In this document: one piece after another, positions 1-9,633 of the stretch
How the letters are laid out: every line of letters begins with the position of its first letter
Position numbering within the stretch: the stretch's first letter is position 1
Assembly (NCBI GenBank): GCA_036787895.1
Contig: DAIQOK010000014.1
Coordinates: 5,415-69,414, forward strand
Reading direction: 5' to 3'
DNA length: 64,000 bases
From: Bacteroidota bacterium
Lineage (GTDB): Bacteria > Bacteroidota > Bacteroidia > UBA7662
Program-made: the position numbers and the translations under genes
Notes under the pieces: generated by a model
What the model saw: the letters and a program-made list of their open reading frames with translations, nothing else
What the model was told of the DNA's origin: nothing
The model's database searches: none

Positions 1-546
1 AATGGCTGGATTGGCTATACGTTGGCTAAAATTGACATGACTTTCGAAGAACTCAATTTCGGAAAAACCTTTCCGGCCCGCTACGACAGGCGACACGACC
101 TGAGTGTGGTAGCCTTTTACGACTGGCGCAAAGCTTCGGAAGATAAAAATGGGGTCAAATTTAACGCTGTCTTTGTTTTTGGTACCGGCAATGCGATAAC
201 GGTTCCTCAAAGTGAATATATCGCCCCGACCTACCCAGTGATCCCCAATATTCCCAACCAATCCCCTAATACACCGAATTATTTCTTCAACAACATAATT
301 GCCGAAGACTATGGTAATCTGAATTCGTTTCGAATGGCAAATTATCACCGTTTGGACATAGGCATTCAATTCACAAAACCACGTAAACGTGGCGAACGCA
401 CCTGGGAACTGAGTATCTATAATGTGTATAACAGATATAATCCCTGGGTAATAGTCACTGAGTACTCCGGCAATGGTACCGGGCTCGTCCAGTATTCTTT
501 ATTTGGTTTAGTTCCTTCTGTCACCTATACATTCAAATTCAAATGA
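1..546 (+). CDS. TonB-dependent receptor / outer-membrane beta-barrel, C-terminal fragment (5' end outside window)
   Basis: Open frame runs from base 1 with no stop. Beta-strand-rich C-terminus ends in TYTFKFK, typical of a TonB-dependent receptor barrel. A lipoprotein gene with a 4-bp overlap follows. Confidence 0.55.
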   Translation, partial: NGWIGYTLAKIDMTFEELNFGKTFPARYDRRHDLSVVAFYDWRKASEDKNGVKFNAVFVFGTGNAITVPQSEYIAPTYPVIPNIPNQSPNTPNYFFNNIIAEDYGNLNSFRMANYHRLDIGIQFTKPRKRGERTWELSIYNVYNRYNPWVIVTEYSGNGTGLVQYSLFGLVPSVTYTFKFK

Positions 547-1406
547 GAAAATTTATCCTCCTACTTCTGGTCAGCTTAGTGTTGACCTCCTGCGGTGAGA
601 AGTTTATCTCCAGCGTCGATTTGGGTGTAGAAGCTAAACCTGTAATTGGCTGTTTTTTGGTGCCAGGTGACACCTTGATATCGGTATCCGTGACGATGAG
701 TAATCTGCTCTATTCCAGAAATCCCAATGTTTTTAAAGTGAGAAATGACGCTGTAGTTCGGCTGCTTTCGAACGGACAGGTCCTTAACCTGACTTATGAT
801 ACCGACCGGGAGAAATATGTGAAACTCGATTCAACTTTTGTGGTTGCTGGTCAAAATTACCGACTCGAAGTAGAACTCGATGGCCTGCAACATGCTGCCG
901 AAACTACCGTACCGCAGGCTTATAATGACACCATTTCTCTGGAATTAATCCCGGTTTACAGGAATTGGGGGACGAGAACAGATACCAGTTACAGTTTTCA
1001 AAAAAGATGGCAAGCTCCAGCTACCGGCCCATATTATTTTGGTTCTGCGATTTTGGTGGAGAATTATGTCAATGACACCTTAATTTCAATTTATCCAGCC
1101 GACGATGACGGCTATTCACCCATCCGGCTCCTATTGTACAGTTCGAGCACGCCATTCAGACAATTTCAACGCACCAGCACACGCTCGTTTGGGAGTTTTA
1201 GAGAGGCAAACTCGAAATACAGATTTACTGCTGAGCTGTTATTGACCGATTTGTCGTTTTACCGCTACAGTTCCAGCTTAGAAGCGCACTGGTATAATGC
1301 AGGTGAATTTTTCGTAGAGCCGAGTCCTGTTTATTCCAGTTTCGATAATGCTCTTGGGGTTTTTGGGAGTTTTGTGAGAAGTAGAGCCTATACGCCATTT
1401 TTCTGA
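543..1406 (+). CDS. DUF4249-like lipoprotein (partner of upstream TonB-dependent receptor)
   Basis: Signal peptide plus lipobox (LVLTSCGEK). Size and position after a TonB-dependent receptor are typical of the Bacteroidota DUF4249 family. Family assignment is from memory. Confidence 0.45.
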   Translation: MRKFILLLLVSLVLTSCGEKFISSVDLGVEAKPVIGCFLVPGDTLISVSVTMSNLLYSRNPNVFKVRNDAVVRLLSNGQVLNLTYDTDREKYVKLDSTFVVAGQNYRLEVELDGLQHAAETTVPQAYNDTISLELIPVYRNWGTRTDTSYSFQKRWQAPATGPYYFGSAILVENYVNDTLISIYPADDDGYSPIRLLLYSSSTPFRQFQRTSTRSFGSFREANSKYRFTAELLLTDLSFYRYSSSLEAHWYNAGEFFVEPSPVYSSFDNALGVFGSFVRSRAYTPFF

Positions 1407-1441
1407 ATAAAAGCCCCTAAATTCGGCCAAGCAATTGACTT

Positions 1442-2800
1442 ATGACTTCCAAAAATGTCACCTTACTCGGAGCCGGCCTCGTTGGTTCTCTTCTTGCTGT
1501 TTATCTGCGTCGCCGTGGTTATGCGGTAGATATTTACGAACGCCGGCCTGATTTACGGAAGGCAGGTGCTTATGGCGGGCGTTCCATCAATCTGGCACTC
1601 AGCGACCGAGGTTTCCGGGCACTCGAAAAAGTAGGCTTGGCCGATGAAGTCCGTAAGGTGGGCATACCCATGTACGGGCGTATGATGCACGACGAAAAAG
1701 GGCAGCTCAGCTACCAGGCTTATGGCAAAGCAGGACAAGCCATCTATTCGGTTTCGCGTGGCGGATTGAATTTTAAGATGATGGATTTGGCAGAAAAAGA
1801 GGGTGTACGCATTCATTTTAATATGCGCAGTACCGATGTAGATCTGGAAGAAAAAATTGTGCATTTCGAAAAGGACGATACCCGTCAAAAAATGTCGTTG
1901 CCTTACGAGCTGCTTTTTGGCAGCGATGGCGCCTTCTCGGCCCTGCGTGGTAGTTTTCAGAAGCGCGACCGTTTTGATTACAGCCAGGATTATCTCACTG
2001 CCGGCTACAAAGAGCTGACTATTCCTGCCGGTCCTAATGGTGAATTTTTGATGGAGAAAAATGCCCTCCACATCTGGCCACGCGGCAGTTATATGATGAT
2101 TGCTTTGCCCAATCCTGATGGCAGCTTTACCTGTACCCTGTTTTTCCCTTTCGAAGGTGAAAATTCCTTCGCCAAACTTCAAAGCCGTGAGGCCGTCACC
2201 GCATTTTTTGAGCGCACCATGCCTGATGCCGTTCCCTTGATGCCTAGCCTGCTTGACGACTTTTTTGCCAATCCGACCTCCTCGCTGGTCACGGTAAAAT
2301 GTAGTCCCTGGGTGTATGGTGATCACAGTGCACTCATAGGCGATGCTGCCCATGCCATTGTGCCATTTTATGGGCAGGGTATGAATTGCGGTTTCGAAGA
2401 TGTGTTTGTGCTCGATGAACTCATCGATCGTTATGCCGAAAACTGGCCGGAAATCCTCAACTCCTACCAGGAATTGCGCAAACCCGATGGCGATGCCATT
2501 GCTGATCTTGCGAAAGCCAATTTTATAGAAATGCGGGATAAGGTGGCCGATGCCGATTTCCTGCTTCGCAAAAAGATAGAAGCCAAAATTTATACGCTTT
2601 ATCCCGATAAATGGATACCACTCTATACCATGGTCACTTTTAGTCCGGATATACGTTATTCAGAAGCCTTACGTCTGGGACAAGTGCAAGACCAGATTAT
2701 GGACGAAGTAATGGCGCGACCCGATATCCGTCAGAACTGGGAAGATGTGGCCACTACCGACTTCATTCACCGCCTCATGGCCAATTACGACCGCAACTGA
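1442..2800 (+). CDS. kmo: kynurenine 3-monooxygenase (FAD-dependent)
   Basis: N-terminal FAD fold GAGLVGSLLAVYL. Motifs SINLALSDRG, HIWPRGSYMMIALPN, LIGDAAHAIVPFYGQGMNCGFED and YTMVTFS match bacterial KMO (Pseudomonas fluorescens type). Confidence 0.85.
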   Translation: MTSKNVTLLGAGLVGSLLAVYLRRRGYAVDIYERRPDLRKAGAYGGRSINLALSDRGFRALEKVGLADEVRKVGIPMYGRMMHDEKGQLSYQAYGKAGQAIYSVSRGGLNFKMMDLAEKEGVRIHFNMRSTDVDLEEKIVHFEKDDTRQKMSLPYELLFGSDGAFSALRGSFQKRDRFDYSQDYLTAGYKELTIPAGPNGEFLMEKNALHIWPRGSYMMIALPNPDGSFTCTLFFPFEGENSFAKLQSREAVTAFFERTMPDAVPLMPSLLDDFFANPTSSLVTVKCSPWVYGDHSALIGDAAHAIVPFYGQGMNCGFEDVFVLDELIDRYAENWPEILNSYQELRKPDGDAIADLAKANFIEMRDKVADADFLLRKKIEAKIYTLYPDKWIPLYTMVTFSPDIRYSEALRLGQVQDQIMDEVMARPDIRQNWEDVATTDFIHRLMANYDRN

Positions 2801-3267
2801 TGCAAGCCATTCAAAATCTGCGACAAATGTTCATCTTCCGCCTATGTGCCTTTGGCATCATGGGCCTTGGCATCTATGTTGTATTTGAAAGTAATTTGCC
2901 TGCGGTTACCACCTATGTCATCTTGGCGGCGGCCATTGCCAGTCTGGTGGTTGTGTGGCTCATCATTGCACCTACCTATGTTTGTTTCGACTTTGTGCAA
3001 AGCCAGATTTTTATCGGTACCGACAAAGAAGATGATCAGCATTTCCATCTGGTCATTCCCATGGACGAATTTGTGGGCTATGTGGTTAAAAAGGAATTCG
3101 GTGGTTTGCGTAAAACACTCTACCTCTATCGCAAACACGAGCAACATTATCTGCGCAGCAAAGGCACCAACATCAGCTTGCTACTCCCCAAACAACTCAA
3201 AGCCCTGGAGGAAAGATTCGCTACCATTCAACGGCGCAATGGTACACTTGGGCTGAAATTCACCTAA
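2800..3267 (+). CDS. hypothetical small membrane protein, translationally coupled to kmo
   Basis: ATG overlaps the kmo TGA (aacTGATGcaa). Two predicted N-terminal TM helices followed by a soluble domain. Possibly a bacterial PH-like (DUF304-type) fold; that is a guess. Confidence 0.35.
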   Translation: MQAIQNLRQMFIFRLCAFGIMGLGIYVVFESNLPAVTTYVILAAAIASLVVVWLIIAPTYVCFDFVQSQIFIGTDKEDDQHFHLVIPMDEFVGYVVKKEFGGLRKTLYLYRKHEQHYLRSKGTNISLLLPKQLKALEERFATIQRRNGTLGLKFT

Positions 3268-3268
3268 T

Positions 3269-4003
3269 TTAAGGCAACAAAGGGTATAAAACCGGTTTGC
3301 TTGGACTGGCGTCGTTCACAAAGGAGGCAATCATCAGGTTGAGCAGATAGTCGCCGTCCGGGATTTCATCGGCCATGTAAGCCATTTCGGTTATGGTAGC
3401 TTCCAGGCGGGTAGTCTGCGGATATCCCCAGAAGGCGTGATGTGCGAGCAATAAGCCACCATCTTCTTCTCTGTCGACCGAAGGTTGATCAGTAAGCAGA
3501 TGGAATACCCCGATATCATTTAACCAGGCCAAAGCTGCCGGTTCAAAATAGCAGGGGTTGGTGCCGCTGTATTGTTTTAGTCGTTTTTCAGCGCTATTGG
3601 GCAAAGTACGAACAACCACCGCTTCGGGGCGCCCCTTGCCAAGTGCAGCTTGCAGTGCAGCTAAGGTGATTATTTCATCGCCTGCCTTTTTCTCCGGTTG
3701 AATACTTACGAGCAGGGCACTGAAAAGATAACGTTTCAAACAATCCTGCAGACTCACCAAATGTGGTGTGATATGGCCTACGCATTCGGTATGTGTGCCA
3801 TTACCATGCGGATTAAAGCGGATGTGATTGACATTACAGGCACCACCTGCCGCTACCTGGCCCACAAAACTACCTAGGGCAAAAGGCCTAAACTCAGGTG
3901 GGGGTATATAAAAAGCATTTGGATTATCTTCCCCTGATTTTAATGGTAAAGACAGATCCAGCGGTCGCGACCAATCTACGCGGGTTGGGTCAAATGAAAT
4001 CAT
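3269..4003 (-). CDS. cyclase-family protein, putative arylformamidase / kynurenine formamidase
   Basis: HGNGTHTECVGH resembles the HxGTHxDxPxH metal motif of the cyclase/KynB family. Convergent with kmo. Confidence 0.5.
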   Translation of the reverse strand: MISFDPTRVDWSRPLDLSLPLKSGEDNPNAFYIPPPEFRPFALGSFVGQVAAGGACNVNHIRFNPHGNGTHTECVGHITPHLVSLQDCLKRYLFSALLVSIQPEKKAGDEIITLAALQAALGKGRPEAVVVRTLPNSAEKRLKQYSGTNPCYFEPAALAWLNDIGVFHLLTDQPSVDREEDGGLLLAHHAFWGYPQTTRLEATITEMAYMADEIPDGDYLLNLMIASFVNDASPSKPVLYPLLP

Positions 4004-5129
4004 CTCCTAATATAAAAAGATCGCTCGCCATACGGTCGGCAAAATGTTTACCCGCCCGCGTCAAAACTATATGTTCAGCCTGAATGCTAAACCAACCGGC
4101 TTCACATTCATTCAGGGAATTGAGACAGTATTTATGCAAATCAGCTCCAAATTGCTCGTTTACTACCTTTAATGACACACCACGGGCAGTCCGTAAACCG
4201 GTAAGGATGTATTCGTTATAGCGAGTACGCAAATCCAGGTACTCTACTTCGGCAGGGAACTCACCAGTCAGGATGGCCTTGATGTATTTGCTATTGTTGG
4301 CCACATTCCACCAGCGTTTTTCGCCATCGAAAGCGTGGGCTGAAGGACCGATACCGAGGTATTTGCTGCCATTCCAATAATTGCTGTTGTGAATGGCCTG
4401 GTGGCTGGGCTTGGCAAAGTTGGAGATTTCGTAATGTTCATAGCCATGAGCAGCAGCCATATCCATGAGCAAGTCGAACTGTCGGGGCGCCACCTCATCG
4501 GCCACCTGACTGATTTTTCCTTTGCGGATATAAGCTTCGAGTGGTGTTTTGGCTTCGACGGTCAGGCTATAGGCCGAAAAGTGAGGCAGTTGCATGGCCA
4601 TGAGCTGATCAACATTGGCGACCCAGTCGGCATCGGTAAGCTCCGGAAGTGCATAAATTAAATCGGCGGTGAGATTTTCGAAACCCATTTCGCGCGCCAG
4701 CCGGATACATTGCACAGCTTCGCCTGCATGGTGCGCCCGGTTCATACGTTGTAAGTCTTCATCCCGAAAAGATTGTATACCTATGCTCAAACGATTAATG
4801 CCTGCATCCAATAGTTCATTCAGTTTGCTGATGGTTAAATCATCCGGATTGGCCTCGAGTGTGATTTCTGCATTAGCTTCCACCTTAAACAAATGGTAAA
4901 TGGTCTCCATCAGGCTGTTGAGCTGGCTGGCAGTCAATAAAGATGGTGTGCCTCCGCCAAAATAGATAGTCGAAAACGCCTCCTCCTGCCATGCCGGTGC
5001 GCGCAATTCCATTTCGCGGATTAACCCATTGCAAAGGGCATTTGCCTGCGCTAACGAGGTACTGAAATGGAAATCACAATAATAGCAGGCTTGCTTACAG
5101 AACGGAATATGTAAATAGAGGCCGGCCAT
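3990..5129 (-). CDS. hemW: radical SAM heme chaperone HemW (oxygen-independent coproporphyrinogen oxidase-like)
   Basis: N-terminal LHIPFCKQACYYCDFH CxxxCxxC radical-SAM motif and overall HemW/HemN-like length. Confidence 0.85.
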   Translation of the reverse strand: MAGLYLHIPFCKQACYYCDFHFSTSLAQANALCNGLIREMELRAPAWQEEAFSTIYFGGGTPSLLTASQLNSLMETIYHLFKVEANAEITLEANPDDLTISKLNELLDAGINRLSIGIQSFRDEDLQRMNRAHHAGEAVQCIRLAREMGFENLTADLIYALPELTDADWVANVDQLMAMQLPHFSAYSLTVEAKTPLEAYIRKGKISQVADEVAPRQFDLLMDMAAAHGYEHYEISNFAKPSHQAIHNSNYWNGSKYLGIGPSAHAFDGEKRWWNVANNSKYIKAILTGEFPAEVEYLDLRTRYNEYILTGLRTARGVSLKVVNEQFGADLHKYCLNSLNECEAGWFSIQAEHIVLTRAGKHFADRMASDLFILGDDFI

Positions 5130-5146
5130 GCCGCCAAAAATAGCGC

Positions 5147-6247
5147 TTAACGGACGTTTTTACGCCTGTTGCGCTGATAATCATGAAATACAAATTCTCC
5201 CAAACCCTTTAAGCCACTGTAAAAAGCCTTGCCCTGGTTGGTTTCGGTAAAATCGGCCACAAATTGTTGCAGATAGGGGTCACGGGCAATCATAAACGTA
5301 GTGATGGGAATTTTAGCTTTTTTACATTGATTCGCCAGATCCAGGCATCGACTAACAATACGCCGGTCTAAACCGAAGCTGTTTTTGTAGTAACTCCCGT
5401 CCCACTCTTTCAGACAACTCGGCTTACCATCGGTAATCATAAATATCTGCTTGTTCGGATTTTTACGCTTACGCAACAAATCCATGGCCAACTCCAAACC
5501 AGCCACCGTATTTGTATGATAAGGCCCTACTTGTAAATAGGGTAAATCTTTGATAGCGATAGGTGCAGCATCGTCACCAAAGGTGAGGATATCAAGTGTG
5601 TCTTTGGGGTATTTGCGTAAAATAAGTTCCGATAGGGCCATGGCAACCTTTTTCGCAGGTGTAATTCTATCCTCTCCATACAGTACCATACTATGAGAGA
5701 TATCTATCATCAATACAGTCGACGTTTGTGAGAAATGTTCGGTTTCACGAACCTCCAAATCACCCTCGGTTAGCATAAACGCTCCCAAGCCATGATTCAA
5801 CTGCGCGTTTCGGATTGAATCTGTGAAATCAATCTGATCGGTATTGTCGCCAAATCGAAAAGGTCGGCGGTCGGCAGTTTGTTCCTGACTTTGACCGGTA
5901 TGGGCGGAACTATGATTTCCTGTTGTAGCGCGTTTTAGTTTCCCAAAAATTTCTTCCAAGGAACGTTGCCGTATACCTTGTTCGGTTTTAGGAGTAGGTT
6001 GAAGTCTTTTATCCTCCCCCTCCTTCAAAAAACCTTTACCTTTCAGATCTTCAATGAAATCACCCATGCCGTAGTACCCATCGGTGAGCTTATATTCCTT
6101 ATCCAATTCATTCATCCAGGCCAATGCTTCTGCCACATCGCCTGATGTATAGGTCAGCACTTCCAGGAAAATTGGCAAAAGTTTATCGAAGCCTTTTTTA
6201 TCCGATTCAGGAGCAGGCGCATATTGCGTAAATCGATAACCAGTCAT
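5147..6247 (-). CDS. cytoplasmic von Willebrand factor A domain protein (MoxR/ChlI partner-type)
   Basis: MIDAS-like DISHSM motif and vWA fold (FMITDGKP). No signal peptide. Confidence 0.6.
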   Translation of the reverse strand: MTGYRFTQYAPAPESDKKGFDKLLPIFLEVLTYTSGDVAEALAWMNELDKEYKLTDGYYGMGDFIEDLKGKGFLKEGEDKRLQPTPKTEQGIRQRSLEEIFGKLKRATTGNHSSAHTGQSQEQTADRRPFRFGDNTDQIDFTDSIRNAQLNHGLGAFMLTEGDLEVRETEHFSQTSTVLMIDISHSMVLYGEDRITPAKKVAMALSELILRKYPKDTLDILTFGDDAAPIAIKDLPYLQVGPYHTNTVAGLELAMDLLRKRKNPNKQIFMITDGKPSCLKEWDGSYYKNSFGLDRRIVSRCLDLANQCKKAKIPITTFMIARDPYLQQFVADFTETNQGKAFYSGLKGLGEFVFHDYQRNRRKNVR

Positions 6248-6306
6248 GGAAAACTAACAGCCAACAGCTATACTTAGTTGCGTTGAATGTAAAAATAATC
6301 CCCATA

Positions 6307-6334
6307 AAAAAACCTGTTTCCGATTGAAAACAGG
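6307..6334 (-). terminator. Rho-independent terminator after gldN
   Basis: On the minus strand a 7-bp stem (cctgttt / aaacagg) with an 8-nt loop is followed by a U-run, immediately 3' of the gldN stop. Confidence 0.45.
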
Positions 6335-6355
6335 CTTCGATAATATTGTTGACTT

Positions 6356-7180
6356 TTAATACTCCCAAAGGGCTTGTTCAAAGTCAATGATTTTGTATTT
6401 AATCTTATCGGCTTCACGCAAAATATCTTTACCAGCGGCATAGTCTTCTATGCGTAAATCTTTCACATTCGACTCTTTGTAGATGTAACTTGAGAAATGG
6501 CGGCGGATGAAAATATCATCGAAAGATACTTTTTGGCCGTCATTCCGCCAGTTGAATACTTCAGTTGCACCGATAATGTTACGAATGGCAGGATAATACA
6601 CCCAGAACATAGGCAATTCACCTACGACTTGTCCTTCCGACTTCAAATTCTGTACCGGAGCAATAGCGATGATGCGTACCACCATGGTACTGATTTGTTT
6701 ATCGAATACCCATTCTTCTTTGATCCGGTATTTTACCACATCATTCGGGTTAAACTCCGTCTTTTCAATGCGCTGTTCGGGCAATAAAGTCACCGGATTA
6801 GTTACCAACAAGGTATCGTAGCTTTCCAGCGTTTTGATAATCTCATCAGAAGTAACAGCATTCTCGGGGAATAGCTCTTCTGTCTTAAAAAGGTAACCCT
6901 CCAGTTCTCCTCCTTTAAGTGCGTCTATCAAAGTATTGATCAACATACTTTTTGGATAGGTAAATACCAAATTGGGTTTCTGATTGAGGTCAATCACACG
7001 CAGAATGTTCCAGCTGAACATTACATCCGACTCACGAATGTAGGCCAAAGGTACAGGCGGACGCTTTTTGTACTGCTGGCGCTGGTAGGCACCGTCAATC
7101 ACTTCAATTTGCTGACTTTGAGCCACGACAACATCGTTGACGAGCATTAGCGCAAAAATTACGAACAGCAGCTTTTTCAT
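6356..7180 (-). CDS. gldN: gliding motility / type IX secretion protein GldN (PorN)
   Basis: Signal peptide. Last gene of a co-directional gldK-L-M-N block. Size and sequence character of GldN. Confidence 0.8.
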   Translation of the reverse strand: MKKLLFVIFALMLVNDVVVAQSQQIEVIDGAYQRQQYKKRPPVPLAYIRESDVMFSWNILRVIDLNQKPNLVFTYPKSMLINTLIDALKGGELEGYLFKTEELFPENAVTSDEIIKTLESYDTLLVTNPVTLLPEQRIEKTEFNPNDVVKYRIKEEWVFDKQISTMVVRIIAIAPVQNLKSEGQVVGELPMFWVYYPAIRNIIGATEVFNWRNDGQKVSFDDIFIRRHFSSYIYKESNVKDLRIEDYAAGKDILREADKIKYKIIDFEQALWEY

Positions 7181-7186
7181 GGTTAA

Positions 7187-8767
7187 TTAATTTAAACCGT
7201 AGGTCACTGGGTTCAGCTTACGCGTCACCTTATCAGGGCCAATGGCTTTGATGTCATCGAATATAAAACGGTCGCCGGGTTTGGCATTCCGTATAATTTG
7301 TTGTGAACGACCGCTATACATCGGACCGCTTACCACCTCTACCTGAGGATCGGCACGTGGTGCGATATAAATCATGCGGAACGACTGTATGTTAAAACGT
7401 AAATCGAAGTCGAAATCTTTCAACATCGCAATCATACCACCCTGGGCTTTGAATTGTGCCGTACCCACTTGACCCGGATCCAAACCACCAATGGTAGCCA
7501 CCGGATCTGGTACATATTTCACCCGAAACTCAGAGGCACCCATCACAGAAGACTTGCCGTCAGGGCCTTTGCCATTAACGGTAACAGTTACTTTACCAGG
7601 TGAACTTACATTCACCACATAACTTCCGTTACTTCCTTTGATACTACCGCCACCGGAGATGGATGGCTGTAAATTAGCTGGGGTTACACCGGGTGCTGAA
7701 ATCGATACCGGATTATCGACGCCAATGTAAAACACATTCATTTTATCAGGCGATACAACCGCAGCAGGTCGGGCAACTGTATAAGAAGATTCAAAAGGAT
7801 AGTCAGTTTCCTGACCGGTAGCCGGGTTTTTAACCTTAATCACACCACCCCATTTTTTCTCACCTTCGGAAGTAGCACGAATTTTATATTTACCCAAGCC
7901 GGCTTCAACAGGCAAAGTCTGACCCCCAACCACTATGTTCAAGTCCTGACGGCTGTCGTAAGCCACGAGCAATACATCTGCTTGATAATCCTGACCGGTG
8001 AGTACATAGTTGGAAGGCGCAATTACTTTGGCAACCAATTGGTCGAATTTGAAACTTTGAGCATCAATATCACCCAAAAGATAACCGACAACTTCCGTTT
8101 CTGTATTGCGAATATCACTTTCGAATTTGGTCAACAACGTGATAGCACCCATGAGCGGCATTTCACCAAAGCTCGACTGCAACCAGTTTTTAGCAGCTTC
8201 ACCGGCCTTTTTTTCCGGATCTGTAGCCGCTTCGAGATAAATTTTAACTTTCGCCTTGTCGTCTCCGCTGATAACGCTTTCAATTTTCGAGCGGTAGGCA
8301 TTGATTTTCTCCTTTAACTCGTTACCCAGTTTGCTTTTGCCATCAGGAATAACGAGTAAGGTGGAGCTAATGTCAATATTGCCATCATCTACAACCCGGG
8401 TGATACCTTGTTCAGTTTTAAAGTCTTCTTTATCGACTTTGCCGTTTTTGTTTCCACCGGCATCGGTCATTTTATCTTTAATACCTTGAACAAACTTCAG
8501 TAGTTCTTCCGACTCCTTTTTGACCATCATGGCCTTTTTGTAGTTGACTTCCGCTTTACCTGGTTCGTCAGCCATTTTTTTCTCAAACGCCGAGTATAGA
8601 CCGTCGTTTTTTTGCTTGATTGAGCCATTGGTGGCCTCCAAGCTATTATTTATCATTGAAAATGCTTTCAGAATCTCAGCAGATACATTCAGAGCTAACA
8701 TGGCTGTTAGCACCAAATACATCATATTGATCATCTTCTGCCTGGGGGATACGTTACCTGATGCCAT
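7187..8767 (-). CDS. gldM: gliding motility / type IX secretion protein GldM (PorM)
   Basis: N-terminus MASGNVSPRQKMINMMYLVLTAMLALNVS is the conserved GldM start with a single TM. Long periplasmic region. Confidence 0.9.
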   Translation of the reverse strand: MASGNVSPRQKMINMMYLVLTAMLALNVSAEILKAFSMINNSLEATNGSIKQKNDGLYSAFEKKMADEPGKAEVNYKKAMMVKKESEELLKFVQGIKDKMTDAGGNKNGKVDKEDFKTEQGITRVVDDGNIDISSTLLVIPDGKSKLGNELKEKINAYRSKIESVISGDDKAKVKIYLEAATDPEKKAGEAAKNWLQSSFGEMPLMGAITLLTKFESDIRNTETEVVGYLLGDIDAQSFKFDQLVAKVIAPSNYVLTGQDYQADVLLVAYDSRQDLNIVVGGQTLPVEAGLGKYKIRATSEGEKKWGGVIKVKNPATGQETDYPFESSYTVARPAAVVSPDKMNVFYIGVDNPVSISAPGVTPANLQPSISGGGSIKGSNGSYVVNVSSPGKVTVTVNGKGPDGKSSVMGASEFRVKYVPDPVATIGGLDPGQVGTAQFKAQGGMIAMLKDFDFDLRFNIQSFRMIYIAPRADPQVEVVSGPMYSGRSQQIIRNAKPGDRFIFDDIKAIGPDKVTRKLNPVTYGLN

Positions 8768-8809
8768 TTTAAATTTAGTTCAACACTTTGAATACCGGGA
8801 ACAATAGGA

Positions 8810-9586
8810 TTATACGCGTGGAGCCGACATGGCACTCAACATATTTCCATAAATAGCGTTCAGGGAACTTAAGTTTTTAGCCAATTTGGCCATCTCTTCT
8901 TTGTATTGATTAGCATCGTTTTGGGCTTGTTCCATACTCGACAAGGCGCCCGAAACATTACCATAAAACTTGTTGATGGCCTGGAGGTGGTTATTGCTTT
9001 CTTTCAACTCCATTTCGTACATGGCATTCACGCTACTCAGATTTCCAACTAAAGTTTGCAGTTGGGCCGCATATCCTTTGGCCTCCTCGTTTACACTGGC
9101 AACTTCGCCGATTACAGCAGCAGCATCGCTGGTAGATTTGGCAAAACCGCTGATAGAGCTTGCAGCATCACGCATACCACGGCTGTATTCTTCGGTGGCA
9201 ACAGTTGCATCAGAGATATCACTGATTTTCGACACATTTTTGCTCAAAGAGCGGAAGCTGTTACCCAAATTTTCGAGTACGTCGCTTGAAATATTGGCTT
9301 TCTCCAACATCACATCCAATTCAGCACTGCTGGCGTTCTGTTTGCGCGATTCGCCACCAGCCAATTCAGGATATACAATCGACCAATCGGTTTCTTCATG
9401 TGGCTTTTCAAAAGCCGACAAAAAGAAGATAATGGCCTCTGTTCCCAGACCCAAAGTAAGCATGGCGTCGGCACCGGGTAAGTGACGAATCTTAAACAAG
9501 GCACCGATGATTACGATGGAGGCACCCCAACCATATGCATAGTTGAGGATGGTTTTTCCTTTTTTCGACTGGAGAAAGCTTGACAT
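8810..9586 (-). CDS. gldL: gliding motility / type IX secretion protein GldL (PorL)
   Basis: KTILNYAYGWGASIVIIGALFKI followed by a second TM helix, then a cytoplasmic coiled-coil domain. Classic GldL. Confidence 0.9.
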   Translation of the reverse strand: MSSFLQSKKGKTILNYAYGWGASIVIIGALFKIRHLPGADAMLTLGLGTEAIIFFLSAFEKPHEETDWSIVYPELAGGESRKQNASSAELDVMLEKANISSDVLENLGNSFRSLSKNVSKISDISDATVATEEYSRGMRDAASSISGFAKSTSDAAAVIGEVASVNEEAKGYAAQLQTLVGNLSSVNAMYEMELKESNNHLQAINKFYGNVSGALSSMEQAQNDANQYKEEMAKLAKNLSSLNAIYGNMLSAMSAPRV

Positions 9587-9633
9587 GTTAAGAGATAATT
9601 TTTGGTTTGGTTAGGGTTCTAAATAAAGTATGT

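Noticed and set aside
1553-2353. 266-aa minus-strand ORF inside kmo
   Set aside because: Entirely antisense to a strongly supported KMO gene. Low-complexity translation with no start context.
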